A stretch of 63,015 nt of DNA, the filler included, from a bacterium (GTDB lineage Bacteria > JAMOTN01): NCBI GenBank assembly GCA_027062325.1. It is 4 parts of 4 records of this genome, joined end to end, with 100 filler letters (N's around TTAATTAATTAA, not from the genome) between each part and the next. Parts side by side here need not be neighbours in the genome. Positions count along the whole stretch, not along the records: positions 26,607 to 53,717 come from JAMOTN010000054.1; 3 more parts are not named here. One strand, given 5' to 3'. Below are positions 39,844 through 53,100 of the stretch, piece by piece; position 1 is the stretch's first letter; each line of letters begins with the position of its first letter. The translations under genes were made by a program, and so were the position numbers. The notes beneath the pieces were generated by a model. The model was not told where the DNA came from and ran no database searches. It saw nothing but the letters and a program-made list of their open reading frames with translations.

Positions 39844-42474
39844 TCAATCCCAAAATTCAGCAACACTTACATTAACAGGTAATACTCCAAACTCATCAAC
39901 TACAACATTTTCCATTATCTCTTTTACACGTTCAACATCATCCATATCCTCATTTCTAACATATAAAACAACCTCATCGTGAACAAGCAAAACGGGAATA
40001 AATCCTTCATTAACCAATTCCGTCACTGCCATTTTAAATACATCTGCTGCTGTTGATTGAACAGGATAGTTGTAAACAAAGTTAACAGCCTCTTCTTTCA
40101 CTTTATTTGAAACAGAGGCAAAATTCGCAATCTGAGCACGGCGCCCATAAAAACTGAAGACCTCCAAGTTTTTTTCTGCTTGGTAAATAAGCTCTTCATG
40201 CCAATCCTTTACTTTAGGGAAGTTTGCGTAAAAATTATCTATTATATCCTTTGCCTCATCCAAGCTTACACCTAGCATTCTAGCCAAGCCAAACGGGCTT
40301 TGCCCGTAAACAATAGCGTAGTTAATAGCTTTGGCAACATCTCTCTTCTCTTTAGTTCCAAACAACTTTTCTGCAACAGCAGAATGCACATCTTCTCCCT
40401 CTAAAATTCTCATTAAATTTTCATCTTCAGCTAACCTAGCCACTAATCTCATCTCTATCTGTGAATAATCCGCTGCCAAAACTTTGTAGCCAACTGGAGC
40501 CACAAACAGCTCCCTAAATCTCGCTCCATCTTCACTTTTAACTGGAACATTTTGAAGATTTGGATTCTTAGTAACAACACGTCCCGTCACAGTTCCAAAT
40601 TGAACAAACTCCGGCTTCAATTGGCCAAAAAATGCTGCATCTTTCAAACTTTGAGCAATCTGTTTCAATTTATTTACCTTTCTCCAAATAAGAATTTTTT
40701 CTATAATTGGATGTAAATTAGCCCACTTTTCTAGCTCATCAGCTCTCGTAGTTTTCAACTTTATAGCGTATTTTTTAAAGAGCGCTTCCCTTAACTGTTT
40801 AGGAGAAGAAAGGTTAAAGTTACCCAGTTCTGAAATTATCATTCTTTCAAGCTCTTTTTCTCTGTCATTAAACTCTACCCTCAACTCTTCCAACTTTTCT
40901 AAATCCAACACAACACTCTGATCACAAATTTTCTCCAATGCTGCGCTAAAATTCTTCTCAATATTGTATATTTTTGAAAAATTGCTCCAACTATAAGCTT
41001 CTAATCTATCCAACAATTTTCCCAACAAATCACTATCACTTCTACTCTCCCACGGAGCTGGCAACACAAATCTTTTCAGAACCTCTTCAAGCTCTACATT
41101 TTTAGAAAATACAATACTAAAAGCAACTTTCAAATCACCTGTTCTGATATACTCTTTACCACCTAACCCTAAATTTCTCAAACTCCACATTACCTTACTT
41201 TCCCCATCAACTATCCCCTTACCATCAAAAACATTCCTCCCAAGCCTGGCAGCTAATTCTTCTACATCATTTTCCCTGTATAAATTCTCTCCTATTGCAA
41301 CACTTTTTAATTCATACCTTGAGCAAAACTCGTATAATCTCTTCCTGTTAAAACCTTCCTCATTATCTAATGCACTCCCAAACTGCAACTTTTCAAGCCA
41401 CTTCAAACCTCTAAATGCTTCTAACAACTCATCATCCACACTTAACTTTATTAATCTTTTGTAAAACAAAACCTCTTCTAATTTGCCTTCAAGCCTTTCC
41501 CTATCCTTAGAAGGAAGACTGGCTAAATTTTCAAAAATTTTCTCCACAGATCCAAACTTTACAATCAACTTGGAAGCAGTTTTTTTACCTATTCCCTTTA
41601 TACCGGGAATATTATCAGAACTATCTCCAACCAAAGCCTTCCAATCAGGCAAGAGCGACGGCTCAAAACCAAATTCATCTAAAAATTCCCCAACCCCTTT
41701 AACCTTCATCTCTCCATTAGTTTTGTACTCAAGTTGAAAAACATTTTCTCCCAACAATTGATTCAAATCCTGGTCAGAAGAAATTATAAACTTATATCCA
41801 TTAAACCCTCCCATAACAAAGGTTGCCATAAGATCATCTGCCTCTCTATCATCGTATCCAAGACAGGGAACCCCAAGTTTTAGAAACAATTTCCACAGCA
41901 ATGGCAAGTTTTTCTTCAAGTGACTAGGCATAGGCTTTCTTTGAACTTTATATAATTCAAACATCTCCCTGCGCTTTAATTTTCCCTTTTCAATAAAAAC
42001 AAGTGGAATAAAAATTATTTTTTTATCCGCCTTTGCAGCATCTTTACTTTTGAAATCAACTTTATCAAGAACAACCCTAACTTTATCTTCTTTCAACAAA
42101 AACAAGTCTAAATTATCAAAATCATCAACATCAAACACAAAGCGAGCAGTGTAGAAACTCCCACTTAATCCAAGTTTGCATAGAAACTTTGCAACCTCTT
42201 CCTGTGTTTTCTTCCATATCCTATACCCCAGCGTTAAATGAGTTGTAACAACTCCTCCCAAGGTCAACATAGGTACAGGAACTGCAAAAAAAGCTCTGTA
42301 TGCAAGATTGTACCCATCAAACAATAGATAAACTGGGATATGTTCTTCTGCAGTAGAAATAGCACTATTTTTATCTTTATTCTCACCCTTATCTTCCACT
42401 CTTTTCTCTACATTTTCAAACAAAGTAAAAGCTAAAAGGTCATTGCCTCCCTTTAATTTTTTCCTTCTACCCAT
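39844..42474 (-). CDS. polA: DNA polymerase I (5'-3' exonuclease + polymerase; no recognisable 3'-5' exonuclease)
   Basis: DGYNLAYRAFFA, EADD, GDSSDNIPG; TVTGR, PNLQN; motif A DYSQIEMR, motif B KAINYAIVYG, motif C VHDE. Confidence 0.95.
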   Translation of the reverse strand: MGRRKKLKGGNDLLAFTLFENVEKRVEDKGENKDKNSAISTAEEHIPVYLLFDGYNLAYRAFFAVPVPMLTLGGVVTTHLTLGYRIWKKTQEEVAKFLCKLGLSGSFYTARFVFDVDDFDNLDLFLLKEDKVRVVLDKVDFKSKDAAKADKKIIFIPLVFIEKGKLKRREMFELYKVQRKPMPSHLKKNLPLLWKLFLKLGVPCLGYDDREADDLMATFVMGGFNGYKFIISSDQDLNQLLGENVFQLEYKTNGEMKVKGVGEFLDEFGFEPSLLPDWKALVGDSSDNIPGIKGIGKKTASKLIVKFGSVEKIFENLASLPSKDRERLEGKLEEVLFYKRLIKLSVDDELLEAFRGLKWLEKLQFGSALDNEEGFNRKRLYEFCSRYELKSVAIGENLYRENDVEELAARLGRNVFDGKGIVDGESKVMWSLRNLGLGGKEYIRTGDLKVAFSIVFSKNVELEEVLKRFVLPAPWESRSDSDLLGKLLDRLEAYSWSNFSKIYNIEKNFSAALEKICDQSVVLDLEKLEELRVEFNDREKELERMIISELGNFNLSSPKQLREALFKKYAIKLKTTRADELEKWANLHPIIEKILIWRKVNKLKQIAQSLKDAAFFGQLKPEFVQFGTVTGRVVTKNPNLQNVPVKSEDGARFRELFVAPVGYKVLAADYSQIEMRLVARLAEDENLMRILEGEDVHSAVAEKLFGTKEKRDVAKAINYAIVYGQSPFGLARMLGVSLDEAKDIIDNFYANFPKVKDWHEELIYQAEKNLEVFSFYGRRAQIANFASVSNKVKEEAVNFVYNYPVQSTAADVFKMAVTELVNEGFIPVLLVHDEVVLYVRNEDMDDVERVKEIMENVVVDEFGVLPVNVSVAEFWD

Positions 42475-42489
42475 TCTATTTCCCCTCTA

Positions 42490-43977
42490 TCAATTCTCTA
42501 TCTCTCCTTCAAGAATTTGATTATAACTATTATCTCCAGCAATATTACTATCATCATTATCTTCATTTTCTATAACTAAAGCTTTCACCTCTGCTACATC
42601 TCCATCGTGTAACTTCAAGTAAGAATCCTTAAATATAGATTTAAGCAATTTTACGAAACTCTTATCCTCCCCCATTTCTTCAAGGCTGCGAACAAAAGAA
42701 GTGTCAAACTCTTCTAACTCCTTATTCAAATCATCAGGTAATTCTATTCCAAATCTTTTCATTATGTTAAGTATTACCTCTTTAACATTCACACCACTAA
42801 CTTCACCACTTCCTTCAATGTCACCTATCTGATACGTATAGCTTCCATCAAGGTGAATTTCCAAACTTGCTCCCTTGATCATCTCCTTTATAAAATTTTC
42901 CATCTTAGGATTGAATTTCCCCACAACAAGAGTGGAAATATTTTCATCAGAAGTAATACCTTCTTCCCTACTAATAACAATACGTCCATCATAAATCCCT
43001 AACCCTACAGATTCCTCTGACATTTCAGAAGACTTAAGTACTATTTTCAAACTTCCGGCATCACCATAGGAGCTCTCAACTCCTAAACCATAAATTTTAC
43101 CATCTACTCCTACTCCAACCAGTCCATTGTTCAATACGCATATATCAGGCTTTTCTTCTTTAAAACTCTCATATTCAACCTCTGTACTTGTCAATCCATT
43201 CTCGTTTAAATTTGTAAAAGCAATACCTTCCTGCAAACTCCAATCGAAATCTCCAGAAAACACTATCCCCTGTGTTTTTGCCGCCTGGTACTTGTATCTT
43301 TTCAAATCCAATCCAACACCTGCAGCCAACAGATTGTTATAATTCATCTCCAACTTAACATCATCTTCCTCAGTACTTACACACTTTGCCATAGCATCAA
43401 AGCTTCTTATTATCTCATTCTCACTAGAAACTTCAAATCCCAACTCCTTTGCAAAAGCTAAAAGCGCCTCCCTGAGTCCATCTTCATCCAAAGTGCTCGA
43501 ATCTAAATCAACCTCTACATTAAATTTAGCTGCTAATTCCTCAACCTTCTTACTCGCATCTCGAGGGGACAAGCCCTTCTTCCACAACGAAGCTGCCAAA
43601 GAAGCAAATGGAGTCACATTCAACAAACGATCCTTTAAGGTATCATCCAACACATCCACTGCTTCCATCTTCATGCTGTCCTTATAAGCATCAACTTTAA
43701 TGGTAAATCCTCTATACTCAACAGGTATCTTTACCAAATAACTCCCTTTCTCATCTGTAGTTGTCTCAAAAGTAGCCACAACCTTATTTCCGTTCAAAAC
43801 ACTTAGCACAACTCTAGTATCTTTCCATAAATCGTCTGCCACATAACCATTAACAAAAAAGTACTTATCTAAAACTTCTGTGGTAACTCCCAGCTCCTCT
43901 GTCGTATCTAAACATCCACTTATAAAAAATGTAGATAATAAAATAAATACAAAAAATAATAATTTTTCTCCCCTCAA
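42490..43977 (-). CDS. Putative lipoprotein, acidic
   Basis: Hydrophobic leader with lipobox ISGC; TTG start after AGGAGG (start position uncertain). Confidence 0.6.
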   Translation of the reverse strand: MRGEKLLFFVFILLSTFFISGCLDTTEELGVTTEVLDKYFFVNGYVADDLWKDTRVVLSVLNGNKVVATFETTTDEKGSYLVKIPVEYRGFTIKVDAYKDSMKMEAVDVLDDTLKDRLLNVTPFASLAASLWKKGLSPRDASKKVEELAAKFNVEVDLDSSTLDEDGLREALLAFAKELGFEVSSENEIIRSFDAMAKCVSTEEDDVKLEMNYNNLLAAGVGLDLKRYKYQAAKTQGIVFSGDFDWSLQEGIAFTNLNENGLTSTEVEYESFKEEKPDICVLNNGLVGVGVDGKIYGLGVESSYGDAGSLKIVLKSSEMSEESVGLGIYDGRIVISREEGITSDENISTLVVGKFNPKMENFIKEMIKGASLEIHLDGSYTYQIGDIEGSGEVSGVNVKEVILNIMKRFGIELPDDLNKELEEFDTSFVRSLEEMGEDKSFVKLLKSIFKDSYLKLHDGDVAEVKALVIENEDNDDSNIAGDNSYNQILEGEIEN

Positions 43978-44109
43978 CCTCCTCAACCTCCTATTCCAAT
44001 AGTCTAAATATTCCACCTTCATAAACGTATATCGGCATGAAAAGCAAAAGCGTATATATCTAAAAACTGCAATTATAAACCCACAATTAAAATATTTTAG
44101 ATACAACAC

Positions 44110-44135
44110 AAAAGGGGCGACCTAAAGCCGCCCCC
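44110..44135 (-). terminator. Intrinsic terminator after the giant gene
   Basis: GGGGCG..CGCCCC stem followed by TTTT on the minus strand. Confidence 0.7.
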
Positions 44136-44183
44136 TAAAATTAATCAAATAGGTCCAGATAAATCACTCAACCAATATTTTCA

Positions 44184-47100
44184 CTATTTAATTCTCTCAA
44201 AATTCACCATATCAAAGTACACAGCACCCTTCAACGCAGGATCCCTGTACTTACCAAGATAGAGATACACCCTCTTTACCTTCTTGAGATCAACACCAAC
44301 TATCTTAAAGTCCTTTGTAAACTTTTGCCAAGTTGGATTGGAGTAGGGAATTCCAGTTGCTCCAAGTTTGATAATATCCATCATTACATCTCCTTTCGTC
44401 ACATCAATCTTTCCATCTCCATCCACATCAAATGCCAATCCAACTCTTATGCGCACCTTTCCATCGGTCTTTATGTAAACCGTCAACCTGTAAATTTTAT
44501 CTTCTCCAACATCTAACATGTCCTTATCAATTATGTGATAAGCACATGGGAAGTCAAACGTTCCAAAGTCTCCTATCTCAACATACGTACGTCCTACTTT
44601 GACATTTCCCAACCTATCCTTCAACGCCACCTCTAACCATGCAGCATCTCCAACTTCGGCACTTCCAACCTGAACCTCTACTCTCTTAGCATCAGTGTAT
44701 TCTCCTTCATCATAACTCACCAAGTTTGTACCCGGAATATCAAGTATCCACTTTTCATTACTTGCATAGTCAACAAGCACTTTATTGTTGTAATAGTCAT
44801 ATCCAATTGCTATGAAGTCGCTCTTACTCCTCATAGGTATAACGTACGGCTTATCCGACGTAGCCTTAGGTTCAACAACAACTTCATAAAGCGGCCCAGG
44901 CACAGTCTTCATAAGCATCTTTGCATAATATGAATTTGTTGCATCTTTCAACACCTCAGCCGAGGAAGCCTCGTGATAAAGCTTAATCTTCACAAATGGA
45001 GCCTCTGCCAACCAATCGAAGAAGTCAAACTCTGCAGTTCCTGCATTCAAGGTCAACTCCAACTCTGTCTTTCTCTCATCACTATCTATCTGGTAAATGC
45101 CAGCAGTCTCTTTGTCTGGGTTCATAGTAACCTTAACACGCGTTGTATAATCTGAGTACCTTACATTACCGTACTCATCAACACTTCCTATAACCAACCT
45201 TATCTTAGAAGGAGCTCCAGCCTTTTCATCGTACTCTGCAGTTGCAGGATAGAGCAACACAACTCCCTCACTTGGATCATTCCACGTCACGTCATATATT
45301 TTCCAATTTTTCTCACTAGTAGAGTCTTTATACAAGAACACCAACCTTGACACCTTATCAGATGGTTTAATAATCACCCTCTCCGTAGCAAATATGTATT
45401 TTGATACCGAGTAAGGATTATAAGAGATCATATTGCGTAGTTGCGACTCACTCGTTACCTCATTGCTGTAAACAGCTATTACCGTTCCAATAACAGCAGA
45501 CGTCGTAGCAGCAAGTGCGTTACCAGCCGTCTTATTATGCATTACAAATTCTCCAAGCCCTGGTACCCTGCCAAATTCATCAAATCTTGTGGAAGCATAG
45601 CTTGTCCACACGGAATCAACCGGCACCTCATTACCCCAACTGTCGGTTCCAATCACTTCAAAGTCTTGAGTCTCACCAACAACAACTTCAGGACTATCCG
45701 GTTTTATATCTATATATTGAATCTTACCCGCCACAACTTTTATTATAGGAGTCCTGTCTTCTGTGGAGTTACCAAGTGACGAATTGGCAAACACATAGAA
45801 CCTATCTCCAACTCTGCGCGTAGTGATGAATTCAACACTACAACTTCCATTCTTTATCTCAGTTGTCACAGCTCCACCATAAGCAGGCGGTACTAAACTC
45901 TTCACAAAGTACGGTGCCACTGGTGGATACAACAATGTATATGGAGTCTGAGGTCCTCTCAACAACTCAGAAGTTTTAGCTTCAATAGAAGCATAGGTCC
46001 ACAACGCACTATATCTACTACTTTTGACCACATTTCCACCCTTATCATAAGCAATTGCTCTTATATTAACCTTTGCATCATCAGCACTGACTATTATTTC
46101 CTTACTAACATCAAGTTGCTCTCCATACCATGTATTCTCAGGAGTTCTAACTTCAACTATCTCAAACCTTGCAGGCTTTCCTTCGTAAACTTCAACAAGT
46201 CCTGCAACCTTATTAACAAAGTTTCCTTTGGAGTCAACAACTATCATTCTAATTCCATAGAGTTTTTCCGGATATGGATAACGCGTCTTGTAATAAGCAA
46301 ACTCTGCAGGATCAGACTTGTAGGTTGCTTCATAACTTGCATCATCCAATACTATGCGGAGATCCGGTAATACCTTGACAGGTTCTTTGGCATCTATATA
46401 CACATTAAGACTAGTTGATGTATCTTCAGAAGGCTTAGGATCAAATACGGCGAATCCCGGCAAGGTAACTGTAGTGCCGTCAACTAGTGTAATATCCTGT
46501 GCCTCTTTTGAAATAAGTAGCGTATCATCAATGCTCATACCAAGATCTTTTGTTTCCAATCCATCTGGAACATATATTATTCCAGCATCTTTCAACTGCT
46601 TTAACACCATCGGATCAATCTGTTTATAGTTTAAGCGAGAAACTGGGGGCACTGTAATTTCAGGAGCAGTTCTATCCTCTGCAATTGCAACCCTTGAGTA
46701 ACCCCATTGGCCAACATTTCCCATCTTATCCACAGCGCACGCCCTAACAGCATACTTAACAGCATCAGGAATATTGAACGCTGCTACACATGTTGGAGCA
46801 TAAGCTGGAATTATCGTCTCAAATCCAAGACTATCTAACCATATCTGAGCTGGTGAATTATCAAAGCTTTCAACTTCTATCCTAACCTTTCTTATTGCTT
46901 CACCTACTGGTACTCCAAGCTCAGTAAGAGATACTATGTAAAGATTCCACTTCTGGGTAGGCTGGTAAACGGTTCCAACAATAACATCTCCCTCTTTAGT
47001 GGCAAATACATCCTGAGTCCACAAAGCTGAATACTGACCTTGATCTCCGTAGAGTATAACCCTTATCAACTTTGGAAGTTTAGAGGAAGACTCAACGTGT

Positions 47101-50100
47101 ACCCAAAATGCCAAAGCTTCAAAGTCTCCATTCTCAACTCGATAAGGCTTATCAGCCGTGTAATCTAGGTATGCTGTCTGTGATGGATTTAGATCAAATT
47201 TAACTGCACTCTTTCCAGCATACACCCACTCATAGTCTATAGGCTTGACTCCTTCTGTAAATGTAACCTGTTCTGGCTTTTCTACATCCAAGAACCACCA
47301 ACTGTCTCCATTCGCAGCAGTTGCTACAACCACGTAATCCACATTTATGTGTCCTGTTCCAGTGTAATCAACTTTAAATCCTTTCAACTCAACATCTCCA
47401 GTCGCATTAGATACAAGCTGAGAGTAAGAAAGTACTATCGGTATCCACTTATCAGCTTTTTGTATAGGTGCCACATCCCTCTCAGTATCAGTGGCTATAG
47501 GCACAAAGGAACTTCTCCATGTGTAACGTCTATTTTTGAACATATACTTCAACTCTTTGGCACTTCCATCAACGCTAACATCAAGTGTAACCTTTAATTT
47601 GCTAGCCACACTCCCAAGGGCACTCGTATCAAACCTCACCCACATTACCAAAGCATCCGAAGTCTTCATTTTGTAAGGTGTATCAAATGAATATGCAAAT
47701 CCTTCACCAGCCTCAATTCTGGCGGACCTCTTTCCACTCAAAGCAACAGCTGTATCTACCATCCCAGGAGCTACGTCTTCCCAATTTTCATCAACAACCA
47801 CTATCCTTGGTATCAAAGCTAAGCTCTCCTCACCTGCGTTTAAGTTAAGCTTAGTCTCAACACGCACCAAATCATACATAAGATCTACTTCTGGAAAGTC
47901 AACCGTTTGAATCGTGATAGAACGTATATATTTACCTTTTAACTTCTCAAGATCAATGGAAACTGGCTGCCACTTACCATAAGGCGGCAATCCACCTATA
48001 TATTCTGCTCCAGTTCCGATCACAACTGCATTTGCTAGGTAATAGCTGTACTTGTCTGTAATCTCCCCACCCGGAGCTGAAGCCGTATTTACAGTTATCT
48101 TTATATAGCTGTGACTCGTGTATTTACCTATGAATCTGAACCAAATTACCATCTCAAGATCTTGTGAATAAGGCACATAGTAATCCTGGTCCAACTGATG
48201 AGTCAAATAGCCATTTCCAACCTGCTTGACAAATTTATTACCGCTTGCCGCCATATCTGGATCATCAACCACTCCATTTGTCCAATTTTCATCAAATAAC
48301 AGGTCAGAAGTAAAGTTGCTTATAACACCCTGGGTAAACTTGGAAAGCGGTATCCATTTACCCTCGTTTATAGCAAGCTGCACTTGAGCTAGGTAGAAAT
48401 CTATACCCGTACCCTCTCTCAACGAAATCGTATCAACATTCATGTGGGTATCAACATCACTTTTAGCTACCACCTTAATAGAAATTCCCCTTATCTCCAT
48501 ACCATTCACACCTATCTCATCCGCTTTTACAACCAGTGGTGCCCATCCAGAAAGGCTTGTATCCGGAATTGCACCCAGCGCCTGAGCTGTTGGATCAACT
48601 GCAGAATCACCGAACAAAACTTTCTTTATAACTCCACCGCTACCATCTAGCAGCGAAATCACAACAGCCCTTGGTTTGTAGTAAATAATCTTTTCGATTG
48701 TAGCTTCTTTGGTAGTAACAGAGTGAACAAAAGTCCATATAACAAGTTCACTCGAAGGAGCAAGATAAAGTGGTATAAGTGCATTTTCTAATCTAAACTC
48801 AGCGCTTTCTCCCTTAGCTGGAGTGAAGTATAGACTTTCTTTTCCACCAACCGAAGTTCTCAAATCCCACTGAACGTTTCCAATGTAATACACATTTTCC
48901 TTGAACGTTGGTAAACTATCACTCTCATCTATCCAAGCACTTCTTCCAATGTCTGGAATTTTGTCCCAAACAGCTCCAAGCATACCTGCGTCCCCAGCAT
49001 TTGTATGAGGATTCGTGGTCTCTATTACAACATTGCACGGAATAGGAGGCGTTGTATCCACAACAACCGTATCAGAACGCGCCAAGAATATATCATCTAT
49101 ATACATATCAGCTGCCGAATCATTCGGTACGACTATTCTCACAAAATCGCACTCTGGCACATCAACCACAACTCTCACAAATCTCCATACCCCATTTCCA
49201 GCCGAGGTAACCACTGTCTCAAATGAAGCAGTATAAGACCCCTTCAAACTAATCGGCCAGTAAGTGTAGGCTCCCGTATCCACAGCATCTGCCATATCAT
49301 AGTACTCAAATCTTAAGTTATGATTTGCCTCAGCATCTCCTCTTACCCACATTCCGAATATAAATTCACCAGTCCCCGGAGTAACTTCAACGTAAGCTTC
49401 AGCAGAAGGTTTAATAACCAAACTTCTTGCTACATAGTGGTAAATATCGGTGCTCAAAGCATCACTTTTGCTCTCTCCAACAATTTTCCAGTTATCCAAA
49501 TCGTTATCAAATGTCCATATGCAGAAGTAATTCCTGCTCAAATTACCATCTGGATCTTGAACCTCATCGTACGGTACCGCACATATCTCTAAAACTCCAT
49601 CTCTCTTTGTACTGTATTTCGCCATGAAACCTTCCTCTGGATCCTGAGCAAAGTCAGAATATGCATTCTGGAGATTTTCGAAGACCTTTATTCCAGCAAG
49701 GTGGTTAGCTTCTTTATAATCACTCCATTCATCCACTTCAAATGGCACAGCAGCAAGAGCACTCTTATCAATCAAAATCTCAAACTTACCCATCAACGGA
49801 GTATTAAGTCTGAATGCCGGAATTTCCGCAGTTGCCCCGTTAAGTAAAATATCCTCAACATAAAATCCAACAGTGTAATATCCCATATCTGTGAACTTAT
49901 CCAAATTTACATCCAAGTAATACACATTATATCTTGCAGGATCTATATCTCCCTGGGCCGCCTTCCACGGAGCAAGTTTTTCTACGAACCAAGCAGAAGT
50001 TAAAGAGGCAGTTTCTGCAGTAGCCTCAAAAACTATCCTACCCTCTCTATTTCTAAAGTAGAACTTATGAATAGGAAGATATTGATTCTTGTTATCAAAC

Positions 50101-53100
50101 AACGGATCTCTAACTACAACCATAACACGTACCCAATCACCAACTAACACATTTGGATCCGAAGTGAATCCACTAGCATCTGCAAGCTTTCTATCAACTT
50201 TAGATATATCCCATACTTGGAAGCTATCTTTATATATGATAGGTGCATCCCCTTTAAATGCCACATACTTAACAGTTCTCTTAATTTTCAAAGTTTGATA
50301 CTCATGTTGATCATACTCCCAAGCCTTCCAAGAATACACATTGCTCACTAGCTTTTGATCCCAATCAACAACCTCTAACTTTTTGAAAGTATTGGCAGCA
50401 AAATTAAGAACTACTTTGGCTCCATTCTGAGTGTACCAATCACTCGTCGTTAATGTCACATCATACTCATTACCAGCATTCTCAGCTCCCTCAGGTGGAA
50501 GCATTAAACATGCCTGTATCTTCACTTTATCCTCATTATTCATGTGATACATTGATACATTGTTTCCAGGATAGTCTATATCTTTTGAAACTTTATGTAA
50601 TAATGGAAGTAATTTAGCGTATCTCTTCCAACTCACAACATTAACTGTCAATTCTTTTTCTCCCAATGACTCAACTTTTACCTTATAAGGAACGTACAAC
50701 AAATTACTCAAATCTTTGATAGGCTCTTTTGGCCAGTTTGTAACATGGAAAGCTACAGGAGTACTGTGCACCTTTACATCACCATTAACTTCTAATCTCA
50801 AAGCAATTGTCTCATCTCCACCAAAAGCCCTGTATTCATCGTGTCTATTATCAAACGGAATAAACAAAGGATTCGAATAAAGATCCGGCACAAAGTCCTT
50901 AGCAAAGTCATAACCATTACTTATTAATATTTCTCCAGTATCTTCATCTACTCCATCATTTTTGTACATCTTAAATTCGTACACCAAATGAGCTGCAGCA
51001 AACCTTCTAAGCTTCTCCAGATGTTCTGTAGTAAAGTTACTAAACGCCGAATCGTTATACAAAAGCACTGGTGGCTGTGCTATAGCATCTCCCTTCCCAT
51101 CCAATTTCAAACCGATCTGACCACTTCCAAATACCACAACTGTCAATCTTATCCAACCAGTTGAGCTTGTTAAGTCGTTAACTTTATAGTAAACTGTATC
51201 ACTAACTGTTGGATCATTGCGGAAGATTATGGCTTCCTCGCTTGGTTCAAATCCTCCATTTACTAATATCACAGCAACTATTGAATCAGCAGGTTTTAAC
51301 GTTATAGCCAGATTCTGATTTTGTCTTATCCACTTTTCATATACAACCAAACTATTACTAATTTTCTGAGAAAGTTCCCCACTATTTCCAAGGTTCACAA
51401 TTTTTCCATCCGCAGTGTATAAGCCCAGCTTTCTCAACACTTCAAGAATCGAGGCTTTGGTTCCTTGAAGGGCTTTATTCCACAAAGTGCTACTAATTCT
51501 ACTTCTATCAACTGGAACTTTCCTCCACAATCCATCTCTAGGATTCCCCATATTTAGTTTATCTTTACCTACCATGTAGTTAGTAACATCTTCATCAAAG
51601 TAAGCCCATCCTTTGAAAGCTATCTTATTTCTAAAGGACCTGGGCTCAACATAAGCAACTAATACGTTATCTAAAAATCTATCACTGAACACCATTTCAG
51701 TAGTAGATCCATTCTTCAAATAATACATTGTACGGATACCATCCTCTACTCCCCCTTGTTCTCCCACATAATAAGGCAAAGCAAGTGTTTTAAATACACC
51801 TACAATAGTATCCTTAGAATCAACCTTTTCCCCATTAAGCATCAAAGCAACCTCAATACTCACCCTATCAGGCAATATGTACGTTGGAACAACAGGTATC
51901 TTAATAACTTCTTCAGAGCAGTAAATTGGCCTGAACAACTCAATATGCCATTCTACATCTTCAGCATGTGCAACACTCCAGTTCTCGCCTGCTCCCACAA
52001 CAAACCACTTATCAACTAAAGTGTCATTTTTAGGATCATAGAAGTCAACTTCCAAAGTAGCAGTTCCATAACTACTCAACTTACCAAATGGACCATATAA
52101 ATTGATAAACGTAACCTCACCAGGATACCATCTTTTATTTGCTACAACACCAACTATAGGGCTAGACACATAAATAACATCCTCATATGTATAAGTAGCT
52201 TTATTTCCTGCAGGATCCTTCACCGTAATTGCAACATCATACCAACCTTCTTTGGCATCAAGCGGTATTTCCCACGTTCCTACCCAGAAAGTTTTTTCGT
52301 AATCTGCCTCAGAATCATTCCAAGCATCAATTTCAGCTGAACCCTCTATTGGTATAACACTCTTGTCTGCAAAGTTTTGAGCATCCACAGTGTACTTCTT
52401 ACCCTCTGGGGATATAAATGTAATCTCAACCTTTTTGAAGAACTTATCAGTCTTAAAAACAGGATCATCAACATCAACGGGAATATACAACGCATCAATT
52501 CCACGAATGACAGTCTTATCATCATCTTCTGTCACATCCTCCATTCCATTGTATCTCTCTGCCCATATTTCAAACGTTGCTACTGTAGGAGGGGTAGCAT
52601 CGTATATCACACGAATAATATTACTTTTCTTGACATTTTTGTAGTAAAGGTCTGCTATTTCCTGCGCGGACAAAGCACGATTGTAGACAAACATGTCATC
52701 AACACGACCATTAAGAGGTTCAGCTGCCCACCTATAATTTCTTCCTAACTTGAAAGTTGAGATCATACGTATTTTTTTACCCGGAACATACTTTTTACCT
52801 ACCTCTCTGCCATTAACATAGAACCTAAACCATTGGCCATCATATACTCCCACTAGGAACCTCCACTGGTTAATGTTATTCAAATCCTCGATATCAATAC
52901 GGGTACTGCTCCCATCTTCAAAATAGGCGTAAAACCTCATAAACTTACTGTTGTTGTAAAAGTAAGCTTGCATTCCCATCTCCCACGTGTTTGTTTTTAC
53001 TTCCCATATTTGCTGGATATTCTCATTGGTTAAACCATTAAATTTATACCAACATCCTATTGTGAATTGAGAAACAGGTTGATTTCTCAAAGGATTTGGT

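Noticed and set aside
43971..43992. Short tandem repeat (AGGAGGTTG)x2 on the minus strand
   Set aside because: Only two units, explained by the RBS/start region of the lipoprotein; not an array.
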